A stretch of DNA of 63,809 nt, the filler included, from Octopus bimaculoides (lineage: Eukaryota), in NCBI RefSeq assembly GCF_001194135.2. It is 7 parts of 6 records of this genome, joined end to end, with 100 filler letters (N's around TTAATTAATTAA, not from the genome) between each part and the next. Parts side by side here need not be neighbours in the genome. Positions count along the whole stretch, not along the records: positions 3,119 to 32,656 come from NC_068984.1; 6 more parts are not named here. One strand, 5' to 3'. The translations under genes and the position numbers were made by a program. Positions 12,267 to 24,895 of this stretch are shown here, piece after piece. Numbering within the stretch: position 1 is the stretch's first letter; each line of letters starts with the position of its first letter. Under the pieces are notes generated by a model. It saw nothing but the letters and a program-made list of their open reading frames with translations, ran no database searches and was not told the DNA's origin.

Positions 12267-12946
12267 CGTTTGTAGTTCATACGCTTGTTAAAGTTATGCA
12301 TAAAGTAATGTCAGTCTTTTCTTTAAATCTTTTCTCCCTTTTTCTTTTGTTATTTGTTTCACTCATTGGATTGCAAGCCATGCTGAGGCACCAACTTGAA
12401 AGAATTTGGTCGAAGAAATCACCCAGGGCTTATTTATTTTTCAAGTCTGGTACAATCTCTTTCTACCAAACCACTATATTACGGGGGGCGTAAACAAACC
12501 AACAACGGCTTTAAAGCGATGAGGAATCAAGACATATACACAGATACACACATACGCACACAGACACACACATACGCACATACACACACATATACACACA
12601 CATACGCTCATATACATTTATATGTATATACGATGGGCTTCCACGCAGTTTTCATTCACAAGGCACCCATCCATCTACGGCTACAGTAGAAGAAACTTAC
12701 TGAAGGTGCTGCGTAGTGGAACTTAACCCGAAACCACTTGTTACCTTAGTAAGCTTCTTAAACAAATAACTATTGAGATTAGTTTTCGAAAATCACTCTT
12801 ATATTATTGTAATTTAAAATTTTACTAGACTGAAAACTCAAAATTAATATATTACTATCTTGTAATCTAACATCTCGTATTTGAGGCCTCGGGGACCATT
12901 TACACAGTTTTAGTTTCTATTGCACAGCAAGCGTTATTTTTCAATA

Positions 12947-13160
12947 TACAGTAATCACTCGCCATATCGCGGTTCACTTATCGCGCCCTCAGCACATCGC
13001 GGATTTTTCTGGTTAATATATGTAAATTCATATCTCAGGTTCCTCAGCATATTGCGGGTTTCTGCAGCCGATAGGTATTTATATGGTTTTAGATGTTAAT
13101 TATACCTGTGGTAAAATAAGCCTTTTCACGTCTAAAAATTAATAAATTAATAAATAAAAT
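12947..13160 (+). mobile_element. pogo/Tigger-like MITE fragment
   Basis: Starts TA-CAGTAATCACTCGCCATATCGCGGTTCAC.TATCGCG, a Tigger-type terminal repeat with internal ATCGCG repeats; other end not seen. Confidence 0.5.
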
Positions 13161-13164
13161 ACAA

Positions 13165-13310
13165 GGGTGGTGAGCTGGCAGAATCGTTAGCACGTTGGGC
13201 CAAATGCTTTACAGTGTTTCGTCTGCCGTTTCGTTCTAAGTTCAAATTCCGCCGAGTTCGACTTCGCCTTTCATCCTTTCGGGGCCGATTAAATAATTAC
13301 CAGTTATGCA
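13165..13310 (+). mobile_element. SINE family A, 3'-truncated
   Basis: GGTGAGCTGGCAGAATCGTTAGCACG...GTTCAAATTCCGCCGAG. Confidence 0.85.
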
Positions 13311-14133
13311 CTTCCAAGCCGGACCCTCAAAGTAGCAGGAACGCTGGGACCGGTGCATTGCTGCGCAGGGTAACTATTTTGAAGGAGATAATGTTAAAAC
13401 TTGGGTAAATAAGTTGCTTTTTTTATTAAGCATGACTCGTCTGAGAACGTTTTGTTAAAAATATTCTTGGATCTTTTTTAAAACGGGGGCCACATTTTTC
13501 ATTAACGAAACACTTTGAAACTTGGAACACTGGTAGAATGTGTCATATAAAACATCTTTTTCTCTTAGTCTTCTTAAAAAAAAAAGAAATCCATAAATTA
13601 TTCCATGTTAAAGTTGTCGTATTTCTGTAATTTCAACCAATCACTGACGTCCATTCAGCCGATATACATTAAGTGCCGACTACATAAACAAACGATTCTG
13701 AAACAATTAACCCTAACCCTAACNNNNNNNNNNNNNNNNNNNNNNNNNNNNNNNNNNNNNNNNNNNNNNNNNNNNNNNNNNNNNNNNNNNNNNNNNNNNN
13801 NNNNNNNNNNNNNNNNNNNNNNNNNNNNNNNNNNNNNNNNNNNNNNNNNNNNNNNNNNNNNNNNNNNNNNNNNNNNNNNNNNNNNNNNNNNNNNNNNNNN
13901 NNNNNNNNNNNNNNNNNNNNNNNNNNNNNNNNNNNNNNNNNNNNNNNNNNNNNNNNNNNNNNNNNNNNNNNNNNNNNNNNNNNNNNNNNNNNNNNNNNNC
14001 CCTCACAAAATTTTGGTCACGCAATAACACTGAACTCGGAACTATGTGGTTGGGAAGCAAGCCAGTAAATAAATAGTAAAGAAGAGGAAAGAAGCAATGA
14101 AAATAGAAGATTATATGTCCAAGAGAGAGAAAC

Positions 14134-14188
<55 letters not shown>

Positions 14189-14805
14189 GTGGATCTTAAG
14201 TATCTACTTCAGCGAATTGTCATATGCATTATATTGTCACTTCACTAGTAGCGTTAACGAAAAGTATCAAGCCATGGACCAGAAAATTTGGATAAAATTT
14301 AATAAATAGGATATCATATTAAATTTCGAAGCGTTGTAAATGAATAAAGGAGGGTGTTACAGTTTGTAAACAAATGAGAATGACAGAATCCGATGCATTA
14401 TACACACCTTGTGTTAAGTTTGTTGAAATATTGGGCTGACAAATAATTTCGTTCGTTTTCTTTCTTTTCATTCATTTACTTTATCTTTAACAACATTAGT
14501 TTAAGTATCACGAAGAATAATTTTACTGTTGTATTTTATGGTATATTTTGTTGCTCTGTTCTTTCTCTGCAGATTTGTTTATCGTTTCTAAATCGTGGAT
14601 AATTTTTTCCTCGTTTCAAACAGATGGCTGCTGAGAAGGAAATAACGAACGAACCTATCTGACAGTTCAATATTTATTTAAGCTGATGATCGAATTTCAC
14701 GCTTTGTGATACTTCGTGCAATTTTTTTCTTTAAAATATATGATTTGTCATTGAAAGAAATATCGTTTATTCTACCACAACGAATAATTATTTCCAGGTA
14801 GTTTT

Positions 14806-15333
14806 AATTTTAAAGCCCACTAACTTAACTATAACTGCATATTAGCCTCGTTCAAATTAATATAAAAACGTTAAATAATTGAATCGTAAATGAGGAAAAT
14901 ATTGGTTTCAGATTTCGGAAAAAGACCCGCAATTTCGTAGGAGGAAGTTAAACGATTTCATCAACCCTAGTGCTCAACTGGTACTTCTTTTATCGACCCC
15001 AAAAAGATGAAAGGTAAAGTTGACCTCAGCAGAATTTGAGATGGACGAAACGCCGCTAAGCCTTTTCCCCGGCGTGCTAACGATCGTGCCAGCTCGCAGC
15101 CATGTTAATGAGAAAAAAATTGTATATATTTTTCATGACTTTATTTTAAAGCCCAGTAACTTAACTACAATTGCATATTAGCCTCGTTCAAATTAATATA
15201 AAAACGTTAAATAATTCAATCGCAAATGAGGAAAATTTTGGTTTCAGATTTTGGAAAAAGATCAGCAATTTCGTAGGAGGAAGTTAATCGATTTCATCAA
15301 CCCTAGTGCTCAACTGGTACTTCTTTTATCGAC
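14806..15333. repeat. Local direct duplication, about 190 bp (14806-14997 vs 15143-15333)
   Basis: High-identity direct copies, each including the SINE A tail. Confidence 0.85.
14900..15103 (-). mobile_element. SINE family A
   Basis: Reverse-complement match to family A head and body with an internal deletion. Confidence 0.75.
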
Positions 15334-15469
15334 GTCATGCTGGGGCAACACTATATGATAAGTGTACAGATCAGATTGTTTTATTGAAATAAAATAGGTA
15401 AATTGATAACCACAGAATACATTATCAAACACCTTGGAGAAAATTATATTTTTTTAAACACGTTTCATA

Positions 15470-15840
15470 GGACTGGGGCCAGCTAGAGCACTGCCTTGGA
15501 TGGTTTAGCTGACCAAATCAACCTCTACTTATTTTCAAAGTCTGGTACTTATTCTGTCGCTCTTCTTAAGCGAATCTCTAAGTTAGATGGGCATAACCAA
15601 ATCTACACTGGTTGTCAAGCGATGGAGTGTGTCTGGGTGGGAGCAGGGATCGGACAAACATTAACGCAAAGACACACACATACATAGAAATATATATGAC
15701 GGGCTTCTCCACAGTTTCTGTCAAAGAAATTTATTCATATTTCTAGACCAAGTGCTATAGCAGAAAATATTTTCCCAAGGTGCCTCACAGTGAGACTGAA
15801 CTCAAAACCTAAATAGTTACAAAGTGAGATTGTTAAATAC
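15470..15840 (-). mobile_element. SINE family B, diverged
   Basis: Reverse-complement similarity across tail, central microsatellite and head. Confidence 0.65.
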
Positions 15841-17124
15841 GTATTTATGCTTGCTGTTTATTAATTTTAAACGCTTTCTGGTTCTTAGTCCTCCATCTAA
15901 CAGTATAGTTTGCAGTTGTATGGAACATAATTATTTTATCAATGTGCAAGTAAAACATTTATAATAGAACTCGAAGTTATGTACCAAATCAAACAAATTA
16001 CTTTCTTCTATAGGCACAAGACCCGAAATTTTGTGGGGAGGGGGGCAGTCTGTTGTGTACTCAGCCACTTCGCATACTAAGTCAATGAGTTGATTACCCA
16101 GTTGAGCGCACAGTAGAATGCTTTCACGTTGAGCGTGACGTTTGAGTCCATCATCAATGTTTCGTTAGAAACTTGTTGCCTTGTGCCAAAATCGGAAACC
16201 ATATTTTTGTACAGGCTCAACACTGACTTTCCAGATTATTGATCAGTAACCTCTTATAATCCGTACTAATTTATGAGCAAGAACTTCGAATTCCCGCAGC
16301 CGCCAAAGCTTTATTGGTACTTTGCACAGGTTAGTACCTTGCTTAATACAGTTTTGATAAACATGTACCTTTTATACTAATATACGTGTACCTGTTATTT
16401 TATTTAATTAAAAGTAAATTTTATGTAAGTTTACTTTAGAGTGTGTTGGCTAAAATGACTTCATCTAATTCGGAAAATCAGTTATCCGAGAAAATCTTCG
16501 AAACCAAAAGTTCCAGAAAATCGATATTGTTCGGGATTAATTACCATTGTTATGAATTTGTTCTAACTTTAAGCTGTTAGTGTTTGTGCCGACAGATACT
16601 CAGTTCATTATCATTGCTTGAAAATTTATCGATGCTACAGTTTGTTAAATATCGTGAATAACATTGCCGATCATCAACTCGCTTTAAATGTATAAATATA
16701 TTTGTCGTTTATCCTACTGTCAGCTCCAATATATTGTTGATTTTACTTTATTAACTATCACGCACTGACAAGAAAATAATTATCCTTAAATAATACAAAT
16801 TCCTTTATGGATAATTGCGTTTATTGTCATTGTTGATAGCAACTTCTACAAAATTAACACCGTGTTTCACTAATAAACGTCATCTTAGTTTTAAGAGGAA
16901 AATATCGGCAAGGATAGAGTCACTAACTACTAAACTGCTACTACATTTTGACAGCTTTTAACAAGAATGCATTATTAGGAGATACAATAAAAAAATTGCT
17001 CTCAAAGCATCCGTATTCTTTAAAACCTCATATTTCTAAAGAATTTCAATTTAGCCCTTATTCTTTGAATTTGTTGTCTAATATTCTTCTGCTAAGAATT
17101 CTTACTAACCAACGACATTTTTTA

Positions 17125-17492
17125 TTTTATTCCTTTCTATTGGTTTCAGCCATTTGACTGCGGCCATGCTGAAGCACCTCCTTTTAGTCGAACAAATCGA
17201 CATCAGGACTTATTGTTTGTAAGCCTAGAACTTATTTTATCGGTGGTCTTTTTTGCCGAATTCTTAAGTAAACACACCAACATCGGTTGTCAAGCGATGG
17301 TGGGGGACAGATACACACAAACACACACACACACACACGCCAGGTTACTTTCGGTTTCCGTCTACCAAATCTACTCACAAGGCTTTGGTCGGCCCGACGC
17401 TATAGGAGAAGACACTTTTCCAAGGTGCCACGCAGTGGAACTGAACTCGCGACCATATGGTTGGTAAGCAAGCTACTAACCACACAGCCACA
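17125..17492 (-). mobile_element. SINE family B
   Basis: Full head-to-tail reverse-complement match. Confidence 0.9.
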
Positions 17493-17527
17493 GTTTTTTT
17501 TTATCACATCATTAAAAAAAATCTGTT

Positions 17528-17972
17528 AGAGTGGCTGTGTGGTAAGAAGCTTGCATTCGAACCACATGGTTCCAGGTTCAGTCCCACTGCGTAGCACCGT
17601 GGGCAAATGTCTTCTACTATATTCTAGGGCCGACCAAAACCTTGTGTGTGNNNNNNNNNNNNNNNNNNNNNNNNNNNNNNNNNNNNNNNNNNNNNNNNNN
17701 NNNNNNNNNNNNNNNNNNNNNNNNNNNNNNNNNNNNNNNNNNNNNNNNNNNNNNNNNNNNNNNNNNNNNNNNNNNNNNNNNNNNNNNNNNNNNNNNNNNN
17801 NNNNNNNNNNNNNNNNNNNNNNNNNNNNNNNNNNNNNNNNNNNNNNNNNNNNNNNNNNNNNNNNNNNNNNNNNNNNNNNNNNNNNNNNNNNNNNNNNNNN
17901 NNNNNNNNNNNNNNNNNNNNNNNNNNNNNNNNNGTGTGTGTGTGTGTGTCTTTATGTCTGTGTTTGTCCCCA
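17528..17972 (+). mobile_element. SINE family B (5' part; centre in gap)
   Basis: GAGTGGCTGTGTGGTAAGAAGC...GGTTCAGTCCCACTGCG...GGGCAAATGTCTTCTACTAT. Confidence 0.85.
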
Positions 17973-18116
17973 CTGAGAAACTCACCTTGCAACCATGTGA
18001 TCTCGGGTTCAGTCCGTCTGGGCAGTAACTTAGACAAGTGTATTCTACTGTAACCTGGACTGATCAATGTCTTATGACTTAATTTTGTGGACAGAAAATG
18101 TATGGAAGCCCATTGA

Positions 18117-18149
<33 letters not shown>

Positions 18150-18153
<4 letters not shown>

Positions 18154-18620
18154 GAGTTGTTAGGGTGAAGCATTTTGTGATATTACATGGAAGAAGCTTC
18201 TATAAGGCTGGAACAATGCAAGATGAGATATAGAGCAAGCAACAGACAGAAAACTAAACAGCGTTGGAGTTTTACCTTATATTTTTATATTTCGAAGTTA
18301 TGAGCCCTTCTTCAGGATATGTGGACAAGTAAGGGATGGAAAAAGGTCGTTTCGGAGACATGTGGGAGAAGGTGATATGCGCAGACTGGTGCTGTTACAG
18401 TAACTAATCTTATTTATGTAGCATATTACTATTATTTATAGCTGGTCTCCGTTTGTTGATAAGGAGATCCTCCATGATTCTGAGATTGCCTCTATTGTGT
18501 TGAGTGGCTCTGATAGATACCGTAGAATCCTGGGACCGGCACTTCTATGAGTGTTTTTTGATTAAAGTGTCTGTGTGCATGTGTTACTTGATGCAAACCT
18601 GCAGTTTTCTGTTGTTGATA
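18150..18620 (-). mobile_element. Penelope-like element 3' end and terminal region, degenerate
   Basis: Minus translation IRATQHNRGNLRIMEDLLINKRRPAINN (18425-18515) matches the GIY-YIG C-terminal L.I.E.L.I....P.IN; downstream CTGAAGA...CGAAA motif typical of PLE termini. Confidence 0.6.
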
Positions 18621-18654
18621 CCAATGCAGGATGTCTTATTTGATAATAATAACC

Positions 18655-18885
18655 CATTTCTTTTTTTTACTTTAGGCACAAGGCCTAAAGTAAAATATTG
18701 GTGGAGAGGGCTGGTCGATTACATCAACCCCAGTGCTCGACTGGTACCTATTTCATCAACTCCAAAAAGATGAAAGGCAAAGTCGACCTCGGCGGCATTT
18801 GAACTCAAAACATAAAGCCGGAAGAAGTACCACTAAGCATTTTTTTTTCTGATGCGCTAACGATTCTGACATTTTGTCGCCTTAT
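18655..18885 (-). mobile_element. SINE family A
   Basis: GATGAAAGGCAAAGTCGACCTCGGCGG.ATTTGAACTC on plus. Confidence 0.85.
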
Positions 18886-19549
18886 TTGATAATAATACTA
18901 ACGATAAAGAATAAATATTTCTACATCTTTTAACACTTTTCGATCTCCGGATGTCTTTTTGAGCAGTTTTATTATGATTAGCGAGGGAAAAATTACCAAA
19001 ATATTTAGCATCACAGAGAAATGATTATGCCGAAGACTAGTCAATAACAGTATAACAATTGAAACACTTAATCACAACAGTGTCTCATAGCGTACCACCG
19101 AATCGATTAGAACATTATACTGAAAGGAAAACATTTCCTTCTGTATATCAGATGGAAATATTTTCTGGATTCATATCGCCACTGGGAAATTAAGGAGCTC
19201 GTTGCGAAGAGAGAAATTACAACCTGTATATTCTGTATATTTTCTGTTAACAATTTTCCCAGTTACTTAGGAACTTGGTAAATTATGTTAATAAGAAATA
19301 GTGTAACTCTTTACTGTTATATTAACATCAGTTATTGTAGCATTTTCTGCCTCGAGTTAATATTAATTTAAAAAATCTATAATTGAAAAACTTTCCAATG
19401 TTTGCTAAACTGCTGCCATTAACTGCAAGAAACTGAAAATAAATACTTGTTTAAAAATTAAGTTGATAATTTTTTCAATTCGAAATGATTTCATAAAATA
19501 AACCTGACATATACTTACACGGAACCACAGATACACGTACGAACATATA

Positions 19550-19610
<61 letters not shown>

Positions 19611-19620
19611 NNNNNNNNNN

Positions 19621-19659
<39 letters not shown>

Positions 19660-20532
19660 ATGCGTGCGTACGTGCGTGACGCGTGTGTAAGCATAAATAT
19701 TTATTTGTACGATTCTATGTGTCAGTATGTTTGTAAGTATGAGATTGCTGGAATTACATTTTGAATGTGTACAATATCTATATTGCCTTCATTTATAATT
19801 TCCAATATTTTCTCATTTTCACTCTGGTTTATTAATATATTTTTCCATATCTTAAACTGTTGTACATACCCAAATGGTATATTACCATGCGGAAGCCTTC
19901 TAAGATATTTCCCTAAGCCAAGAGTTTTATAACCGTATTCCCAAAATATCTCATTTTCACTTCTTAAGTATGATTTTTCGATAGAAATACAATTTTATCT
20001 GCCTTAAAATTATCATATTTCTATTATTTGTTTGAAATGAAATAATTGAGAGACTGTAAAATAATTATTTAATGTATGAGAAATAAGTGTCGTTGGAAGG
20101 AAATATCTAGCGAATTCCAGTAAAAGAAATTCGCGACCTGGTTTCTATTCCCACTTGGGTCATTTCGTTTTAGTAAAGGTGTTACTGTCAGAGTGGCACA
20201 AATGCTGGCATTCTTTTATTCTGGCGCTTTAGTTGCTTATTTTCCATTTTTTCGTTGTTGGTCGACAGTATTGCAGAAAGAGTAACTTAACCACTTTTGT
20301 CGTGTTTGGGATGTTTCCACAACCAAGTGTCTTATCCCAAGTACACTTACCACTTCTCCACTCATGGATATGCCACGAAGGAAAGACAAGTCAATTCGTT
20401 CGCAGCATCCATGGAGCTGCAAGGCATGCTAAATATTGGTTAAGTATAATCGTACATATTTGCCTAAGAATCCCTCTCATCAGATTTTCTCTAGGAGTTT
20501 CCTCCCTCTGCCCGTTTTAAAAAATATTCAGT

Positions 20533-20691
20533 GAATTAACCCAAACGGTTGCAGAGGTTTGTTAGCATTATAGTGATTATGGTTCTTGCAGAGTAAGTCT
20601 CAATTTCTATTCCTTCAAACTTGTATTAGTCTGGTGTAACAAATGCCACGAATCCAGTAGTTGTCACGATGCAACATTTGCATGAAGTTAT
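20533..20691 (+). pseudogene. Possible first-PSI exon remnant of the same plexin-like pseudogene
   Basis: After aaaatattcag, translation ELTQTVAEVC*HYSDYGSCRVSLNFYS...VWCNKCHESSSCHDATFA*SY loosely matches the PSI1 pattern (VxxCxxYxxCxxC...WC...NKC...S.C...W.SY), with stops at 20563-20565 and 20683-20685. Degenerate. Confidence 0.35.
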
Positions 20692-21264
20692 ATTCTCTTA
20701 GGTGATCAGCTAAAGAGCTGAAGGGTCTCATCTCGCCTGGGTCTGTTAGGGTATCTGAGAGTGACCTTCTTCTAGAGACAATTCCATGACATGCAAATTG
20801 GCCTATAATTGGAACCCTGACAGGATCTATTTCTCAAGGTCAGAGTAGACCTGGGAAAGGTTGTAGCTAAGAAGGGGTTCCACATTAATCAAAACCCTGG
20901 CACTCTTGAATCAGGGCCCTATTAAATGATGTAATTTAACGTCGAACCTGTGACTTTAATTTTTTTCCACTCATTGCCCACTGTTAGTAAGAAATAATAA
21001 TTTTTCTCATTCACTCAAGTCTATATCAGTGAGGAGTCTGTACTTCGTTTGATTTGTCCTTTAATTATGTTATCAACTTTGGCAACATACATATTATACA
21101 TATAAAGTCGATCAATCGGGTGGAGTTGTTCAAGCGAGAAAAGGAAATAATATAATTGAATACCTTACGTCGTTTGGTCTTATAATTTACTACTAAATCA
21201 CAAAAATATAAGCAACAATAAAAAATAAATCACAGAATTGATGGACATAGAGACAGCACTGGAA

Positions 21265-21265
<1 letters not shown>

Positions 21266-21349
<84 letters not shown>
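21266..21349. repeat. (GA)n microsatellite
   Basis: Visible pure tract. Confidence 0.95.
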
Positions 21350-21353
<4 letters not shown>

Positions 21354-23119
21354 TGTAGTGTCAGTTGTAATTTGTGTACTTTCTTAGCAGACTGGGTTTT
21401 TTTTCTATTTACTTGCTGGGTCTGGGGGAAAGCCCAATGTCGATGACCATCGCAGGGGCTCCAAGACCGATAAGTATGATGCTAGTAATGCTCCTTTTGA
21501 TTCGTGTAAGCGAACACTTGCCGGTGAAACATGAACATTGGATGAATTCCAGAGGGACGTTACGTGAAGAAGTTGGTGGAGTGGTTAGTGCGGGGTTGGG
21601 GAGAGGGGTGGGGTAGACAAAACAAGGGTGATGAAAGGAAGCGAGGCAAAACGTGGGCCGGAATGCCTGTGTGGAGATGACACGAGCCCATCCATCTTTG
21701 AGAAGAAGAGGGCATTGCAGTAGGAGAAGGAAAGCCCCAGAGATACAGAGGAGACAGTGCTCCTGTCGCCTGAGGCTGGAGCATATCTGTGAGTAACTTT
21801 ATGTCAACCAGTCGTTTAACTCATTTCTCGACGCAGCAACACCACTGTAAGTGCAACAGCACCACCGTGAGAATACTGCACCATAGCAATCCTTATCTGA
21901 GTCTTGTATAATGTCGTTTATATAAATTCTAATCGTCGATCAATTGTGATATTATAAGTATGTGTAATAAAATCAATGCAAATGTATCTTAACCACATTA
22001 TAATTACAGTTTTGTCACCAGACGCAATATACTTACTTCAGAATTAATTTCATGTCCACTGCTTCAACGTGTTAATAGCTTGATCAGTGTTACGTCCGTT
22101 TAAGTAGGAGAGATAAGCGATTAAACAATCGGTGTGCCAATACTAACTATGGAAGTAAACTGTAATTGTGACTAACTGTAATTCTACTGTTAAACTGTAA
22201 CTAATAAAGCTGTAGAGAGACCTAAAAAGCTATAATCGTTATATTTGGGAAGATTCATAATTGAGGTCTATAAACACGCTCACAGTTGTTGTTCGTCTAT
22301 ATTTCACCCTTTTCTTTTCCAAAACAGTTGCTGTTTAATCATGTCCTCCAAAATACTTTTCACTATACCATTCTATAACCTTCCCAATGGGTGTACATTT
22401 TTTTTTATCTTCTCAAAGCTTGGTTTTGAGTTTCAAACTGAGATATAGTGATTATTATTCATAGCTTGATTGTTATGTTCGGGAAGAGTTGTAATTAATA
22501 CAGCTGTAAACAATTAATAATTAACTCTAATAAGCTTTATTTACGTATTGTTTATAAGCTATATTAAATTAAGACTCTTCCAAACTATAACAATGTTTGA
22601 TTTAACGAGCTGTTTCAGATGAAAATGTTTTTGCAGAATAAATTCAAAATCGAAAAAGAAAATGATATATGAATAGTTAATAGATAAACGTTATTCGATG
22701 CAACTTATTGCTTATTAAATAGTAAAACAGGAAAAAAAAAAAAAGAGAAATCTGTAGAAAATTATCATGGTGTGATAAAAATGATTGGAATTAAGTTAGT
22801 AGAAAATAAATAGTGGAACGAGAAATTTTTTTTTTTTAAATTTTACAAATGTATTCTAACTGCTGAGGTAAGAATCACGTTAAGTTCGTCTCATCGACAG
22901 ATGATGAAGTGAAAGTGAAAAAAAAAAGTATCTGTAAATATATACACATGTACAGACACATATACATATATTCATGTGCGCGTGCGCGCGTGTGTGTGCG
23001 TGCGTGCGTGCATGTGTGCGTCTGTGCATTGGTGTAGCGCATGTATGAAAGCGCTTGTGCGCCCGTAGATAATTATAGTTGCATGTGAAAGGTGTATATG
23101 CAGATCGATGCATATGTAT

Positions 23120-23166
<47 letters not shown>

Positions 23167-23208
23167 TCTATATCTATCTATCTATCTATCTATCTATTTA
23201 TCTATCTA

Positions 23209-23244
<36 letters not shown>

Positions 23245-23347
23245 TCTATCTCTATCTATCTATCTATCTATATGTATGTATGTATATGCATATACATACA
23301 TACATATATATACATATATATATANNNNNNNNNNNNNNNNNNNNNNN

Positions 23348-23383
<36 letters not shown>

Positions 23384-24895
23384 TGTATGTATACACACAC
23401 ATAAGCATAGATATATATGTTTCTATTTCTGCAATTATACGCAGGATTACGCACACGCGCACACAGCCGCGCGTACACACTCATGCAAACATCTACACCA
23501 ATCCACCCACACATTCGTAGTATTCTTGTCTGCGTCTTACAGTCTGTTTCTTTCTCTTTCTCTCTCTCTCTCTTTCTTCAATCTGTCTCTGTTTCTGTCT
23601 CTCTCACTCTCTCTCTTTGTATCTCTCTCTCTCTCTCTCTCTTTTTCTTTGCTTCTCTCCAAAGTTAAAAAGTTGTTAGCTGCATACTTTGAAAATGAAA
23701 CGTAATTTATGCAACAACAAAATAAATAAATAAAAACTATCCGTCTTTTATTGAATTTTCATTGTATTTTTTTTCTCTCCCTCTCTCTACCAATGCACGA
23801 CATAGAAACTGAATTAGATAAATCGCTATCACGCTATATGAAGCTGTTACGTGAGTTAACTTTTTAGGGATTTAATTAATGTTTTGAATATATCTTATCT
23901 ACTTCAGGAAGAGTTCCCAGTTGGATTACTGAGGGCTCATGTCAATTTGTTGGTAATTGATCAGTCATGAATGCAGTACATACCAAGTTATTTTTAGACT
24001 ATCAAATGTGCAATGAAAGCTCTAAGCGATTTTAGCAACATATTTCTACTCACACAAACCAACGTCTGAATAGTTTGATATTAAAAAACACATATATATA
24101 TATATACATATACATAAATGATAGCATTGTTTCCAAAGTTTATTTTAAACTGACTAAATTGGTAAGATGACTTATATATTTGGTGGTTTAATATTATAGC
24201 ACTTGATAAACTTACGTTTACTCTTTTAGTTGTTACATGACTAAGTTCCTTCGCAGATTATTAGTTAATTTTAACAGTTTTTATTGATAAAAATCGATGT
24301 TTTACACGAAAAAATAATAACTAAAATATAAACACTAACCTGTACACATGTTAAAACATGTCTGAATACGATATTTCAAAGTAACCAAATTTAGTTATTA
24401 GAATAGAGTAGCTAACGTGGAGAATTGTATGATATTACATAAGCTATAAAATGAAATTTTGATAATGCGAATTGAAAGATAAAGTGAACTACACAAGTGA
24501 AGATCGAATAATAGTTTGAGTTCTGCTTTGTATTTCAATATTTCGGGGTTGTGGCTGCTTCTTCATAACAAGTAGAGAAATTAGAGACATTGTAATATAA
24601 GGCAATCTATTAAAATACAAGGGAAAACTTCAACTGATGTTCTCTTTTCACTATTGTATTTCATCGCGTTGTTTCAGCCGTATCAATTTTCATATCTAAT
24701 GATTTAGTCAAATTACAGCTTTATTAGACGTATTTAATTGTAGTGTTTAGTTCATTATTCAGAGTAAATTATTAGTGAAAGATTATTTAGCACCGAATCC
24801 TGCTTCTAGATAAAACGAATCACATGCTTTTTCAAAAATCTCTCGTTGTTAGTTGCTGTTGTTATTACTGTTTAATTTCAGATCATCTCTGACAG

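Noticed and set aside
19040-19910. Sema-domain-like fragments (LNHNSVS*RT; KLLYI / NGILPCGSLL) upstream of the PSI1 remnant
   Set aside because: Very short, require frameshifts, and there is not enough room for the rest of a Sema domain before 20533; not distinguishable from chance by eye.
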